A DNA stretch of 64,000 bases from Eledone cirrhosa. Lineage: Eukaryota. Shown piece after piece: positions 23,578-38,932 of the stretch. A model generated the notes under the pieces. That model was not told where the DNA came from. It was given only the letters and a program-made list of their open reading frames with translations, and searched no databases. Both the position numbers and the translations under genes were made by a program. Numbering within the stretch: the first letter of the stretch is position 1; each line of letters begins with the position of its first letter. Location of the stretch: the NCBI GenBank assembly GCA_964016885.1, contig OZ024741.1:165788001-165852000 (forward strand), given 5' to 3'.

Positions 23578-23975
23578 AAGACCCGCCTTACCTAAGTACA
23601 AAGTGAAACCTACCACAGTCAGTAGGCACCTCTAACAAAAATACACCCCCGTCCCACTACCCCCACCACCCCTTTCAATGTAAAGTTATGTTGGTACCAC
23701 AACATCCAGTCCGAAACAAATGAGGTCGTGTAGGTGTCACGACAAAAAAATACACAGTCCACGCTGTAATGTGGCCGTGTAGGTAACACGGTAAAAACCT
23801 CCTAGTCCACACTGTAAACGTGGTTCGTGTTAGGAAGGGCATCCAGCCGTAGAAAACCCGCCAGACAGTCCTATGCGAGCAAGAGACTCTTGCCTCAAGT
23901 GGGAAAACTCCCGTCCAAACCCATGCAAGCGTGGAAGATGGACGTTAAACGATGAAGATGATGATGATGATGATA
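23578..23975 (+). mobile_element. 3' end of the same RTE LINE family
   Basis: Aligns to 12475-12882, including the (GAT)n tail. Confidence 0.85.
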
Positions 23976-24380
23976 TATATATATATATACATTACTATTG
24001 GTGCTCTGAAATAGCGATGTATACATGAATGTATGTTAGTATATTTGGCAATATACTGTATGTTATACATTTATATATATATATAATCATCATCACCATT
24101 TAGGGTCCATTTTTCCATGCTTGCATGGGTTAGACGGGTCATCCACGTTAGGAGACAAGTCTGGCCAGAAATGGCCACGCCATACCTTGCTCCGATAAGG
24201 ACTGTAAATTTGGCCAGGGATTTTACAGCTGGATGCCCTTCCTAACACCAACCATATATAGATACATATATATTCCTACCCACACCAGCATAGAAAACAG
24301 GAAAAAAAATTATCATAATATATATCTAGCTGTCAAAACGGCCGGAGCTCAGCCGTCGGGGTCCTGAATCTTTTCATATA

Positions 24381-24422
<42 letters not shown>

Positions 24423-24563
24423 AAAAATTTTTTCTTGAGCTACTTTGATTATAAGGGACTAATGTGAGTTTTTAACTCAATATATACTTTTGATATATAT
24501 ATATATATATATAAAATAAAGTTAATTAAAAAGTCAAATGTTTAAAATTTAGCTTCGTTTATT

Positions 24564-24618
24564 ACTGCTATATATATTTCAGTGACAGCCATCTTTGGCT
24601 GTAACCTCTTCAGGCAGT
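24564..24618 (-). ncRNA. Type I hammerhead ribozyme (inverted arm)
   Basis: Reverse complement of 24817-24871. Confidence 0.8.
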
Positions 24619-24816
24619 CCGAATTAGTGTGGTATAGACAAGTACATATGTTGTTGAGGTGTATAATATTGTCAATACTCTGATATGCCCAGTTCCTGGT
24701 TGGGTTGTTATTTCACTGAGGAAATAACAACCCAACCAAGAACTGGGCATATCAGAGTATTGACAAAATTATACACCTCAACAACATATGTACTTGTCTA
24801 TACCACACTAATTCGG

Positions 24817-24871
24817 ACTGCCTGAAGAGGTCACAGCCAAAGATGGCTGTCACTGAAATATATATAGCAGT
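24817..24871 (+). ncRNA. Type I hammerhead ribozyme
   Basis: ACTGC-CTGAAGA-GGTCACAGCCA aaga TGGCTGTCACT-GAAA-TATATA-TA-GCAGT. Confidence 0.87.
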
Positions 24872-26204
24872 AATAAACGAAGCTAAATTTTAAACATTTG
24901 ACTTTTTATTTAACTTTATTTTACATTACTCCGGAGTAACCAAACCAACCTGCGCACTTCGTCGAGTGCTCCAGCCTGCATACTGAGGTGTTGGTATACA
25001 ACCAACATATACTCAAAATCTCTATATATATATATAAAATAATTTTTTTGTCTGTGTTCTATGCTTGCATGAGTAGGGCTATATATGAATATATATATAT
25101 ATATACATATAATTGATTATCAGTGAATTTGTGCATGAGAGAGAGAGAGATTCATGATTGTCTGGCCTAATCTTTAATCAATTTGTCAACGGAAGAAATA
25201 TGCGAGAAAGATGAATTATTATATTTAACGAGGTGAAGCTGCAGAAATATCATATGAAATAGAAATTATTCATGTTCACCAGGAAATGACAATAAAATCT
25301 AGAAATAAATGTATATATGCAGTATTATATTGTAGTTCATATTAGAATGTCAGCTACTTTTTTTCAATGTTTTTCAATGTTTTTGGTATTTGACAGAACA
25401 ATAAAAATAAAATACAAACTCATTTTAACTAATTTGTAGAGGTCTCTGTTTTATGCAGAAACATTTTAAAATTTTCATTTGATTAATAGAGGGATGTACT
25501 AAAATTATTGAATATTTCATTATTTAGATAGTATTTGTAACAATTTAAAAAGTTCATATATCAAATTACATTAGAAGGCTGTAAATTAAATAGGAATCCT
25601 ATAGGAATCCTACATAGAACTAGAGACATTTTGGGGCAGGTTGGTATTAAAAGGATTAAATCTTCATATTCAAGGTTCAACCTAGCATATAAACCTTGGA
25701 ATTATTGATGTACAGTTGTCCCCTGGTTATGTTCCTAGAGCACCCCCGAGGAGTGAAAAACCGTGAATATAGGACATGGTCCATAAAAATGCCTATAAAT
25801 GTCAAAATATAACGTAAAATATATATATAAAAAAAAAAGAGGGAGCATCTTATGCGAAGGGTATTGAATAGGCTGGCAAATATGGTATATTGTTATTAAT
25901 AATTTAGCATTAAAAAAATATATATTGCCACAAAAAAAGCCATAATAAAATTGTGGATATTTACGATTCCACAAATATGCAGTGGTTTCCACAAACAATT
26001 ATTAATTAGGTTCTATATTTAAGAGTTTATTTCAAATTTTACTCACAGGCAACAAAATATCTTTATGAATAAAGGAAATATATAAATAAATGTTGGTAAT
26101 TGGACAGTTGTATTGACAGTAAATCTGCTACCACCAGTAGCCAACAGAACCATTACAATAACAAATATCAGCCCCATTCTTTCCAGTTGTATCTTCTACT
26201 CTCT

Positions 26205-26257
26205 CTATTTACCATCAAGAACACCACCAACAATGACCCGACCTGATTTTATCTGAA
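26205..26257 (-). CDS. Candidate terminal exon (xQIKSGRVIVGGVLDGK*), gene unidentified
   Basis: Good acceptor TTTATTTTTAATTTCAG, non-repetitive sequence downstream, AATAAA at 26026-26031 (minus); reading frame ambiguous. Confidence 0.3.
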
Positions 26258-26293
26258 CTGAAATTAAAAATAAACAACAAATATTTGGTTTCT

Positions 26294-26755
26294 TTAACCT
26301 TTTTGATACCAAACCTCTCTGCTTGGTTTTATGATACAAAGTTGTATATTTTAACCCTTTAGCATTTACATTACTCTATATATACTATTGTATTTTCACA
26401 GTAAAAGCTTTATTTCACATAATATCTCACACAATATGAAATCTATGAGATCCTGATGTTATTTATTTTGAGAACAATACTTTAACATCAGTATGAGCAG
26501 CCGGTTACAATCGGTTTAAACAGAAAGAGGTAAGAGAATTCTGGCCGGATACAGCTGGCTTAAATCTAAAGGGTTAACGTATTTATATTTATCTAATAAC
26601 TCTCCTTGATAATTTTATGCAAAAACATTTGTTATGTTTAATTTTGAACACAAGCTTAAATGACAAAGTTAGTTATTTTAATAAAACCCTTTCAAATTCT
26701 TGATTATTTTCAAACATTCTTGAAAGCCAAAGCTAGTGTTATTTATTGGAAAGGA
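26294..26755. mobile_element. MITE family D with MITE family C (26351-26577) nested at an internal TTAA
   Basis: Family D sequence resumes after GGGTTAA; empty-site versions near 8055 and 49757. Confidence 0.7.
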
Positions 26756-26968
26756 TTAACCCTTTAACATTTACATTACACTATATTTACTATTATATTT
26801 TCACTGTAAAGGTTTTACCTCACATAATATCGAATCTATGAGATTTTGATATCTATTTTGAGAACGATACCTTAACATCAGTATGACTGGCCAGTTACAG
26901 CTGGTTTGAAGAGGAAGAGGTAAGAGAATTCTGGCCAGATACGGCTGGTTTAAATATTAAAGGGTTAA
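26756..26968. mobile_element. MITE family C
   Basis: TTAACCCTTTAA...TTAAAGGGTTAA. Confidence 0.85.
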
Positions 26969-27407
26969 ATAATCTCAGTATTGAAATATAATCAGTATTT
27001 TAAATACTTTCAATCTTCATTTCTGTCACTTCTCTTTGATACACATTACAGTACTAACACTCAAAGCTAACCTGTTTTGAAGAAAAAGTCATGCATTAAT
27101 AAAGTTTCAAGTGTGTTGCATAACTTCAAACATATTCTTTGTCCTACAATGTCTATATGGCCCTCCATATGTACATATGGTGTGTCACGTTATCTCAAAC
27201 ATATACATTTCTCCCTGTATGTGTGGGTATATTGCTAGTGGGTCTTCTTACTTCAAACACATTCATCACCCTCCATATGTGCATCGTCCTCTGTATGCAT
27301 GTGTGTATTGAATAAATAACAGTATTCAATGAAATAGCAGTTTTCTTTAATGAAAGTATTTACAATCTTCATTATATCTCTCTCTAATATCCTTCTATAC
27401 TTAAGAT

Positions 27408-28320
27408 TACATAGAGTTGTAGATAGACATACAGACAGACATAAAGTTGTAGATAGACATACAGACAGACATAGAGTTGTAGATAGACAGATAGAGATGT
27501 AGATAGACAGACATAGAGCTGTAGATAGACAGACAGACATAGAGCTGTAGATAGACAGACATAGAGCTGTAGATAGACAGACAGACAGACATAGAGCTGT
27601 AGATAGACAGACAGACAGACATAGAGCTGTAGATAGACAGACAGACATAGAGCTGTAGATAGACAGACATAGAGCTGTAGATAGACAGACAGACATAGTG
27701 CTGTAGATAGACAGACAGACATAGAGCTGTAGATAGACAGACAGACAGACATAGAGCTGTAGATAGACAGACAGACAGACATAGAGCTGTAGATAGACAG
27801 ACAGACAGACATAGAGCTGTAGATAGACAGACAGACAGACATAGAGCTGTAGATAGACAGACAGACAGACATAGAGCTGTAGATAGACAGACAGACAGAC
27901 ATAGAGCTGTAGATAGACAGACATAGTGCTGTAGATAGACAGACATAATGCTGTAGATAGACAGACATAGAGCTGTAGATAGACAGACATAGTGCTGTAG
28001 ATAGACAGACATAGAGCTGTAGATAGACAGACAGACATAGAGCTGTAGATAAACAGACAGACATAGAGGTGTAGATAGACATACATAGAGGTGTAGATAG
28101 ACATACATAGAGCTGTAGATAGATAGACAGACAGACATAGAGCTGTAGATAGATAGACAGACAGGCATAGAGCTGTAGATAGAGAGACAGACATAGAGCT
28201 GTAGATAGACAGACACAGAGCTGTAGATAGACAGACATAGAGCTGTAGATAGACAGATATAGACTGGTAGATAGAGACCAGTAGACACAGATCTGTAGAT
28301 AGACAGACAGATATATTTAT
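27408..28320. repeat. Minisatellite ATAGAGCTGTAGAT(AGAC)n
   Basis: Variable unit of 22-30 bp differing in AGAC count. Confidence 0.93.
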
Positions 28321-28745
28321 GTCAGTAGATGAGTGTGTAGATAGGTAGGTAGAAAATAATTTCATTTGCTAAAAGTCTGATAACCAGGAAATTAAATAAA
28401 AACCAAAATATATATTTTATATATATTTACTACACAGATTCTATTTTTCTGCCAATATGTTCTTATATGTTTGATGGCTGCATTCAAATTAATATTAAGA
28501 TTGAGATTGAAAACTTTTCACAGCCAACGATCTGCTTATTTCCTACATGTTACAACAACAAAAATGAAAGACACTGACCCTTTTATGGCCATATTTCTAC
28601 TGAAATTTATGTATTTGAATTAATTAACAGAAAATTTGTGGAATTTACTAACATTATATGATTATGAAGATAGTGTTTGTAACATTTACTTATATAACAT
28701 TACCTATGTTTTTATATCAAATTATCATTGAACATCATTATAATT

Positions 28746-28962
28746 TAACCCCTTAATGTTCAAACCGGCCAGAATTCTCTACCTCTTTCTGTTGAAACTG
28801 GCTGTATCTGGTCGCTCAAACTGATGTTAAGGTATTGGTCTCAAAATAAATACTTTCAAAATCTCATAGATTCGATATTATGTGAGATAATTATGTGAGA
28901 TAAAGCCTTTACCATGAAAATACAATAGTATATATAGAGTAATGTGAATGCTAAAAGGTTAA
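28746..28962. mobile_element. MITE family C
   Basis: Same body and TIRs. Confidence 0.78.
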
Positions 28963-30132
28963 ACCTTTAAGTCTTTTAAAATGGGTGATTTTGTTTCAGA
29001 GACCACAAGGTGGTTCAGTGCAGTTTCATATCAAAAGAGTTTAAGAACCATATTTTTTCTAGCAATAAACCATCTATATATAAATATGAGTGACTTCCAT
29101 CTGTCACACAATGTGTGTGTGTGTGTGTATGCATGTGTGCGTGTGTGTGTAAATGTACGTGTAAAAGGAAGGAAGGGATGGAGAAAAAACTAAAGCAAAA
29201 CAGCAGCTGGTGTTCGATTTGCTATGCTGTGTGTGAGTGTATGTGTGTTTGTGTAAATGTATGTGTGTGCATGTGTGTCAATGTATGTATATTTGTGAGA
29301 ATGCATGTCCATGAGTGTGTATTTTTGTAAAGTGTGTCCGTGTATGCACATTTATATTTATATATGGCACAAGTTAATTCTCAACATCCTGTACCATGTG
29401 AAACCACATAAGTAAGACATTCATGAAAAATACAAAACAGCAGTTAAAACAGCAGTTTGCCTACATCACATTAAAAATTTGAAGTCTTTATTTTAGTATA
29501 CTGCAAATTGTCCACTGATAAAGATGCTAGAAACATTTGAATTAATGTAAATGCTAAACAGTTAAAACAGCCTTAGTATTTCATTGGTACTTATTTTATT
29601 GATCCAGGAAGGATCAAAAGCAAAGTTGACTTTGGCAGGATTTGAACTGAGAATGTAAAGAGTCAGAACAAATACCACAATGGCATTCTATCCAATGCTC
29701 TACCAATCTACCACCCTATTAGTAGCCATTACATTTTGAAAGACAGTCTGTATAGAAGTGGGCTGCAAAGGTGAATACAATATTACTGGCTGCCCCATTG
29801 TTCAGGATGGCATTCTTCTGTGAGAAAAGTATTGGTAATGAACAGATGATAAGAATGAATGACAAGTGTCAGGTTAAAAGTGTCATAAGGTGATAGGTAG
29901 ACATTAAAATAATGCAACAGACCAAATTGTGAGTTCAAATAGTTAATGTTAAGTTGGTGTGATGGTGTAATGGTATGATAGTGTAGTGTAATGGCATAAA
30001 TGTCACAAAAATACCATAGATTTTTGCCTACAATTCCAGATTTTTATGAATAAAATATGATTTTAAATATATTTCAACACATACAGCTTTTTCAACTTAA
30101 ATAAATTTCAGAAATTTAAAATACATTGTTAC

Positions 30133-30147
30133 CTAAAAGAATTCTAG
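30133..30147 (-). other. Candidate 15-nt microexon CTAGAATTCTTTTAG
   Basis: Acceptor TATTTTCTCACAG, donor GTAAC; phase-compatible with the exon at 26205-26257. Confidence 0.2.
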
Positions 30148-31585
30148 CTGTGAGAAAATATTCCAGATAATTCTATCAACTATTAATCTCAACAAACATA
30201 AATCCAGGCAAACAAACACAGCCCACAAATAAACAAGAACCACAGAGACAAACATATCTGGCAACAAACTATACCACACATAAAGCCAATGTTTAGCATC
30301 AGTTTCTGCAGCATTAAGCAAAGAAGACATAAATCTTTGTTTGGCAAGAACAACATTCTATCCCGAATATATATTCCTATAATGCTTTCAGAAATGAGGA
30401 ACAAATTCGATATGAACCATCAACCGTAATTAATATATATAAACTTGTGAAAAGAAAATTAATTAAAAGTGGTTTCTTATAAAACAAAAGGTATTGAACC
30501 ATAAACAACTATCATGACAGTAGCACTTTCATTTTACATAGTGAACTGGGTGCTATTTATTGTGCACCTACACTAAAGAGTCATATGCTTCGTCAGACTG
30601 AACAGTCCTCTCAATACCTACATTGTCTCTATTTGATTGCCAATCACTTAAGACACACTCACACACATCATCATCATCATCATCACATTATCATCACCGT
30701 TTTACATCCATTCTTCCATGCTAGCATGGGTTAGATGGGTTGTCCTGTTGTGGGCAGTGCCCGGTCGGCTGACCTTGTCTTGCTCATACGGGAACTGATT
30801 TTGGCTTGATTTCTACAGCTGGATGCCTTTCCTAACACCAACCTCATTAGTGAGTGCTGGGTGCTTTTTTCCATGGCACCTACACGTCCACTTTGCAGTG
30901 GGAGGAGGTAGGGGCATACTGCTTATATGCTTCAGCTTTGGCTTGTACCTGTGGGAAGTCGGATCTTCTGTATTACTGCGTGATGCCAGAGGTCTTATGT
31001 ATAAGGAAAGGAATCGATCAACAAGACCCCCAACCTCATTCACTTACCAAGTGAGGTGGAGCTGGTCAAATCAGAGCAAGGAAACATGTTTTCATCTGCC
31101 TTTTCATTGCTGATACTATCTACCAGTTGCAACTCCTAGCAGAATGAAATAAAGTGTCTTGCTCAAGGACAAAACACATCATCCAGTTCAGGAATCGAAC
31201 TTGCAACCTCACAATTGTGAATTTAATTCTCTAACCACTAAGCCATGAACCTTCACTATATATATGTATGTATGTATATGTGAATGTATATATATATCAC
31301 TACAAAAAGCGCCCAGCCCAAAATGTAAAGTGATTGTGATGGTGACATGACAAAAGCACACTGTAAATGTGGTTGAGGTTGCAGCAGTAGAAACCAAACC
31401 AAAATCAGTGCTGTGGGAGTGAAACACGGTCCTCCAACCTGATCTCTCACAAAGGGACAGCCCGTCCTACCCATGCTAGCATGGAAAATGGATGTTAAAC
31501 GATGATGATGTATGTGTGTATATGTGTGTGTGTGTGTATATATATATATATGTGAGAAAAACCACAGACCCTCCATCTCAACTCA

Positions 31586-31623
31586 CCTTTTGAAAAGCAG
31601 AAGAACTGCGAAACCGGTAAAGG
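31586..31623 (+). ncRNA. Minimal hammerhead ribozyme, U3-A8 variant, in a (TA)n-flanked insertion (about 31552-31760)
   Basis: CCTT-TTGAAAA-GCAG aagaa CTGC-GAAA-CCGG-TA-AAGG. Confidence 0.72.
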
Positions 31624-31754
31624 AACCAAATAAATATATATATTTTTTTTTAAAATAAGACTCCAGTTGCATTTTCGATTTCATCTCTTTTTCTTTATAC
31701 TTTCACTCGTGTAGGACACCTCGGTTATTTTTCATTGTGTAAAAAAAACCTCAC

Positions 31755-31792
<38 letters not shown>

Positions 31793-31944
31793 GTTTTGGA
31801 AGCCTCAACAATGCAGATGGGTAAATCTCTGGTGAACAAAACCAGGTGGTATTGAGAGAGGGAAATGTAGGAGGAAGCGTAGAAAGAGACATAGAGAGCG
31901 TAAAAGAATGTAAGAAAAGAGTAAAAAATAACACGAGATAGAAT

Positions 31945-32095
31945 TACTGTATTTCCCGGTGCCGAAGAAGCATCGTCCTCGAGAAAGGCACCCTAATTTT
32001 CACAACCAAAAATTTGAAGAAAAAATAATAAACAACCTTTGGCCTCCAGAACGTATGGTAAATTTTTGAGACTTATTTTAGGAAAAAAGTAGTGT
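31945..32095. mobile_element. Tc1/mariner (pogo/Tigger-like) MITE, partial
   Basis: TAC(T/C)GTATTTCC terminus; fuller copy at 49464-49636. Confidence 0.6.
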
Positions 32096-32124
32096 ATATA
32101 TATATGTATATATATATATATGTA

Positions 32125-32159
<35 letters not shown>

Positions 32160-32166
<7 letters not shown>

Positions 32167-32348
32167 GAACAGATTAAAGTTTAAGCAAAGAATCGCTGAT
32201 CCCGTTAAGGGTGAAAGCAGCAATTCTTTGCTTAAACTTTAATCTGTTCTTATAATAAATATTTACTCTACGGGTTTATATATATTTTATATATATAATC
32301 CTTATCAAGCCCTCTTCGGATTTTAGTCTTCACATTTATTATTACTAT
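32160..32348 (+). mobile_element. Fold-back mini PLE-like element (family 7)
   Basis: Arms about 32160-32198 and 32218-32257; related copies at 6340-6415 and 51253-51340 (continuing at 51718-51770 after a SINE). Confidence 0.6.
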
Positions 32349-32371
32349 ATATGTATATATATATATATATA

Positions 32372-32615
32372 TAAAATGAAGGAGGTGTGGTAAGGAACCA
32401 GATGGACCATAATGCACCAGAGTACTCAATACTTAGGGTAGTAGAGTAAGTATATATATATATATATATAATCATCATCATTTAATGCCTGCTTTCCCTG
32501 CTTGCAACTGTTGAAAAATGTTTAACCCCGACGGCAGAGCTCAAGTCGTTTCGACAGCTATTTCTGGATTCTGTCCATACATGGCTTGACTTCTGCCGTC
32601 GGGGTTAAACATTTT
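32372..32615. mobile_element. PLE family 3 fragments
   Basis: Minus-strand 3' end plus inverted TTTAACCCCGACGGCAGA/TCTGCCGTCGGGGTTAAA. Confidence 0.55.
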
Positions 32616-33032
32616 CCTATATATATACATATATATATATATACACATATTTATATTTATACACATAATCAAGGAGAGAAATATTGCTAATGCTAGAGAT
32701 GATGAAGAGGTAAATATATAAATATATATATATATATATAATATATATATATATATAAATAAATACAGTAGCGACTGATGGTGACAATCAATTAATACAA
32801 GTTACTTTCCAGTCCTTGAATCCAATATTTCTATAATATAAGAATTATTATCATTTTAGATAACATGTTATAATACAACAGGAAATATGGAAACTGAAAG
32901 TAAACAGTTTAAAAGAGGAAACAAAGAAAAAATTGTTATCAATATATTGGACAACTTGTCAATCGTGATGAAAATGAAATCAAATGCATGCACACATATA
33001 TATTTATATATTTATATATATATATATGTATG

Positions 33033-33068
<36 letters not shown>

Positions 33069-33214
33069 CATACATACCTAATCATGCATATGTATATATG
33101 TATGTATATATATATATATATGTATATATATATACTTGCAAGCAGGGAAAAGTGGACGTAAAATGATGATGATGATGATGATATATATGTATACACACAT
33201 ACATACCTAATCAT

Positions 33215-33779
<565 letters not shown>

Positions 33780-34199
33780 AAATAATGCAAGTACAATGTT
33801 TGTAATTCAGACGATAATATTTCAGAAAATCTTCAAAGTAAAGGAAAAGAATTATGTTTTTGAAATTTAGCGAAAATTTTAAAATGTAAGAAAGGAAAAG
33901 AGAATTAATTTTATTTGGAATTGAGAATATGTAAGTAATTTATCAATAAATAAAGTGGATGATCTCAAGTGCTATGGAAATATATCTTCTCAATGTCCTG
34001 TTCCATGTGAAACAGCATTACTAAGATATTCTTGAAAAATATAAAACAACACTATGATTAAAAATTGAAAGTCTTTACTTTCAGATTACTGCAAATATTC
34101 GCAATAATCTGTCCACTGGTAAAGATACTATCAACATTTGAATTAATAAACCCTATGAAATAACATTAGGAGAAATACGAAACAACACTATGATTGTAT

Positions 34200-34526
34200 G
34201 GAGGCATATGGCTTAGTGGTTAGAGCATTGGCCTTGCAATCGAAAGGTTGTGAGTTCAATTCTCAGACCGGGTGATGTGTTGTTTCCTTGAGCAAGACAC
34301 TTTATTTCACACTGCTCCAGTTTACTCAGCTGTAGAAATGAGATGATAGGGACTGGGGTCCCCATCATTCCACTGCAAAGTGGTCGTGGAGGTGCCATGG
34401 CAAAAAAGCACCCAGCACTCACTGTAAATGAGGTTGGTGTTAGGAAGGGCATCCAGCTGTAGAATCAGTTCCCGTCCCACCCTTGCAAGCAGGGAAAAGT
34501 GGACGTAAAATGATGATGATGATGAT
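34200..34526 (+). mobile_element. SINE family B with RTE-type tail
   Basis: tRNA-like head, CCTTGAGCAAGACACTT core, TTAGGAAGGGCATCCAGC and (GAT)n; near-identical copy at 51361-51706 (-). Confidence 0.88.
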
Positions 34527-34736
34527 AACCCTTTAACATTTCCATTACTCTATATTTACTATTCTTTTCACAGTAAAGGCTTTATCTCACATATTATCGA
34601 ATCTATGAGATTTTGATATTATTTATTTGGAGAACAATACCATAACATCAGTATGAGCAGCCATTTATGGTTGGTTTGAACAGAAAGAGGTGAGAATTCT
34701 GGCCGGATATGGCCGGTTTAAATGCTAAAGGGTTAA
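34526..34736. mobile_element. MITE family C
   Basis: TIRs and body. Confidence 0.8.
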
Positions 34737-34754
34737 ATATTAACTTCTTTATTC

Positions 34755-34975
34755 TAATAATTGTTTCTACTTTAAGCACAAGGACAGAATTTTCAGGGGA
34801 GAGAAAAGTTGATTAGATCGACCCCAGTGCATGACTGGTACTATAATATATTTACCCCGTAAAGATAAAAGGCAAAGCTAACCTCAGCGGGATTTGAACT
34901 CAGAACGTAAAGGGCCGTAACTCTGTGGTGCAAAGCATGGTGTCTGACGCTCTACCGATACTGCCAATCCACCCT
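34755..34975 (-). mobile_element. SINE family A (long-tail variant)
   Basis: Reverse-complement head and core. Confidence 0.75.
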
Positions 34976-35358
34976 TCTTTATTCTAATCAGGCAAATGTT
35001 CACAACAATCTGTCCCCTAGTGGAAATCCAGTAGACATTTTAACAAACTACATGAAACCACATCAGAAGATTCTTGAAAAGTACAAAAGACTGGTACTTT
35101 TTTTATCGACCTTGAAAGGATGAAAGGCAGCGTTGACTTCAGCGGGATTTGAACTCCAAGAGCAGAAAGCTGGAACAAATAGCATAAAGCATTCAATCTG
35201 ACGTTCTAACGACTCTGCCAATTTGCAGCCTAATATAATATAGGTTTGGCTAAGTAGTAGAGAGCTAAGAAAAATACTTTGCAGTATTTTGTTAAAGTCC
35301 TTTATGTTCTGATTTCAAATCCTGTTAAGATCAACTTCACCTTTCATCTTTCTGAGAC

Positions 35359-35610
35359 TGTTGTTGTTGTTGCTACAGCTCACACCTATGCAGGTTTAGC
35401 TGGCCTCCTCCAAGGTATATCTCGTTGGAGGTGTCTTGGGTGATTTAATGATAGGGACCCCAGTCTTATCTCATTTCTACAGCTGAGTAAACTGGAGCAA
35501 TGTGAAATAAAGTGTCTTGCTCAAGGAAACAACACATCACCCGGTCCGAGAATTGAACTCACAACCATTTGATTGCAAGCCGAATGCTCTAACCACTAAG
35601 CCATGTGCCT
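35359..35610 (-). mobile_element. SINE family B with (CAA)n tail, nested in an older SINE
   Basis: Same head and core, different tail; flanked by duplicated CTTTCTGAGACTG. Confidence 0.75.
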
Positions 35611-35737
35611 ATCACTCTTTCTGAGACTGATAAAATAAAATAACAATCAAGTATTGAGGTTGATTTAATCAACAGTTCCTCCCTACAAGTTTGCAGTCTT
35701 GTATGTGTGTGTAAGACATTTGAGGTATGTTTATATA

Positions 35738-37300
<1,563 letters not shown>

Positions 37301-37507
37301 ACAACTCAGCAATTTGACAACCAAAGATTAGTGCCTTAATTCAAACACAAGGGCTGGTATCAGGACAGGCATCCGGCCACAAAAAGTCTTGTCCAACCCA
37401 TACCAGCACAGAAATGTTTACATAAAATGATGATGATGATGATTCTAACAATTTTACCTCTTAACGTCCTGTAAGGATTTAGCAGAAAATATCTAAATAC
37501 CAGTTTC

Positions 37508-37733
37508 TTAACCCTTTAGCATTTACATTACACAATATTACTATTGTATTTTCATAGTAAAGGATTTATCTCGCATAATATCTCACATAATATCAAAACT
37601 ACAAGATTTTGATATTATTTATTTTGAGAACAATACCTTAACATCAGTATAATTGGCCGGTTATAGCCGGTTTGAACAGAAAGAGGTGAGAGAATTCTGG
37701 TCGGATACGGTTGGTTTAAATGCTAAAGGGTTC
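37508..37733. mobile_element. MITE family C
   Basis: TIRs and body. Confidence 0.82.
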
Positions 37734-38221
37734 AAACTAAATGTTTATAGTATCTCCACTATAGTTGACATATTGTGGAAATTTGCAGCATTAGGAAAGG
37801 CTTTAACATTTAATGTGATGCCGTCATAATGTTGTTTTATTCTTTTCGGGAATGTCTTGCTAATGTGGCTTCATGTGGTACAGGACAGTAAGAATTAAAG
37901 GATTGTTTGATGTAATGACCAAAGAGAAATTGCTTGACTTTCCAAACTGATTGTTAGTATGTGTAATAAGATAAAATAAGAAAAGACATGAACTAAAATA
38001 AGATGTTAAGTCAATAATTTCTCACAAGAATCATTGATTTGTCTAATACAGTTGATAATCAATTATTTATTTGGTTTCTATCAATAGTCAATGGAATTAT
38101 TTTACATAAGGGACAGAAAATAAAACAAGCGGAAAATAAAAATTAATAGTTTAATTATAAATTAATAATTAAATTTCCTACTTCAAGCAATTAAATTTTT
38201 TCTCTCTCTCTTACTCAAGAA

Positions 38222-38932
38222 AACACACAGAAAGCCATGCATACACGCACACACATGGTCAGACATGTACACACAGAGAAAGCCATACACACGCACACGG
38301 ACAGACATGTATACATACAGAAAGCCATATACACACACACACAGACAGACATGTATACACAGAGAAAGCCATACACATACACACGGACAGACATGTATAC
38401 ACACAGAAAGCCATATACACACACACACAGACAGACATGTATACACAGAGAAAGCCATACACATACACACGGACAGACATGTATACACACAGAAAGCCAT
38501 ATACACACACACACAGACAGACATGTATACACAGAGAAAGCCATACACACACAGACAGACATGTATACACAGAGAAAGCCATGCATACACACACACACAG
38601 AGAAAGCCATGCATACACACACACATACATGTACACACAGAAAAATTCATGCATACACACACGGCCAGACGTGTACACACAGAGAAAGTCATGCATACAT
38701 ACACACACACACGGACAGACATATACACACAAAAAAAGCCATGCAAACACACACACACACACAGACAGACGTGTACACACATAGAAAAATCCATGCATAC
38801 AGACATGTACACATGTACACACACACACATTCACAAACACATATTCACAAACACATTCGCAAACACTCACACACACACATTCACAAACACTCACACACAT
38901 ACATGCAGACGTGCACACAAATAGACACGCAC
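38222..38932. repeat. CA-rich minisatellite (ACAGAGAAAGCCATACAC..AGACATGTAT)
   Basis: Units of about 38-40 bp alternating in a dimer of about 78 bp. Confidence 0.88.

Larger units (their letters stand above)
24512..25022 (+). mobile_element. Fold-back PLE-like element (family 6), arms 24513-24714 and 24721-24922
   Basis: Near-perfect 200-bp inverted repeat with a 6-nt loop, hammerheads in both arms, (TA)n flanks. Confidence 0.82.

Noticed and set aside
27253-28365. Long ORFs of 284-370 aa
   Set aside because: Translations of a minisatellite, open in several frames
31790-31820. Minimal hammerhead remnant on the minus strand (TTGTTGA-GGCTTCC-AAAA-CG-TC)
   Set aside because: Several core mismatches and weak stem I
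34200-34275. tRNA gene (also SINE A heads)
   Set aside because: A and B boxes are present but there is no complete cloverleaf, and the sequence continues into a SINE core and tail
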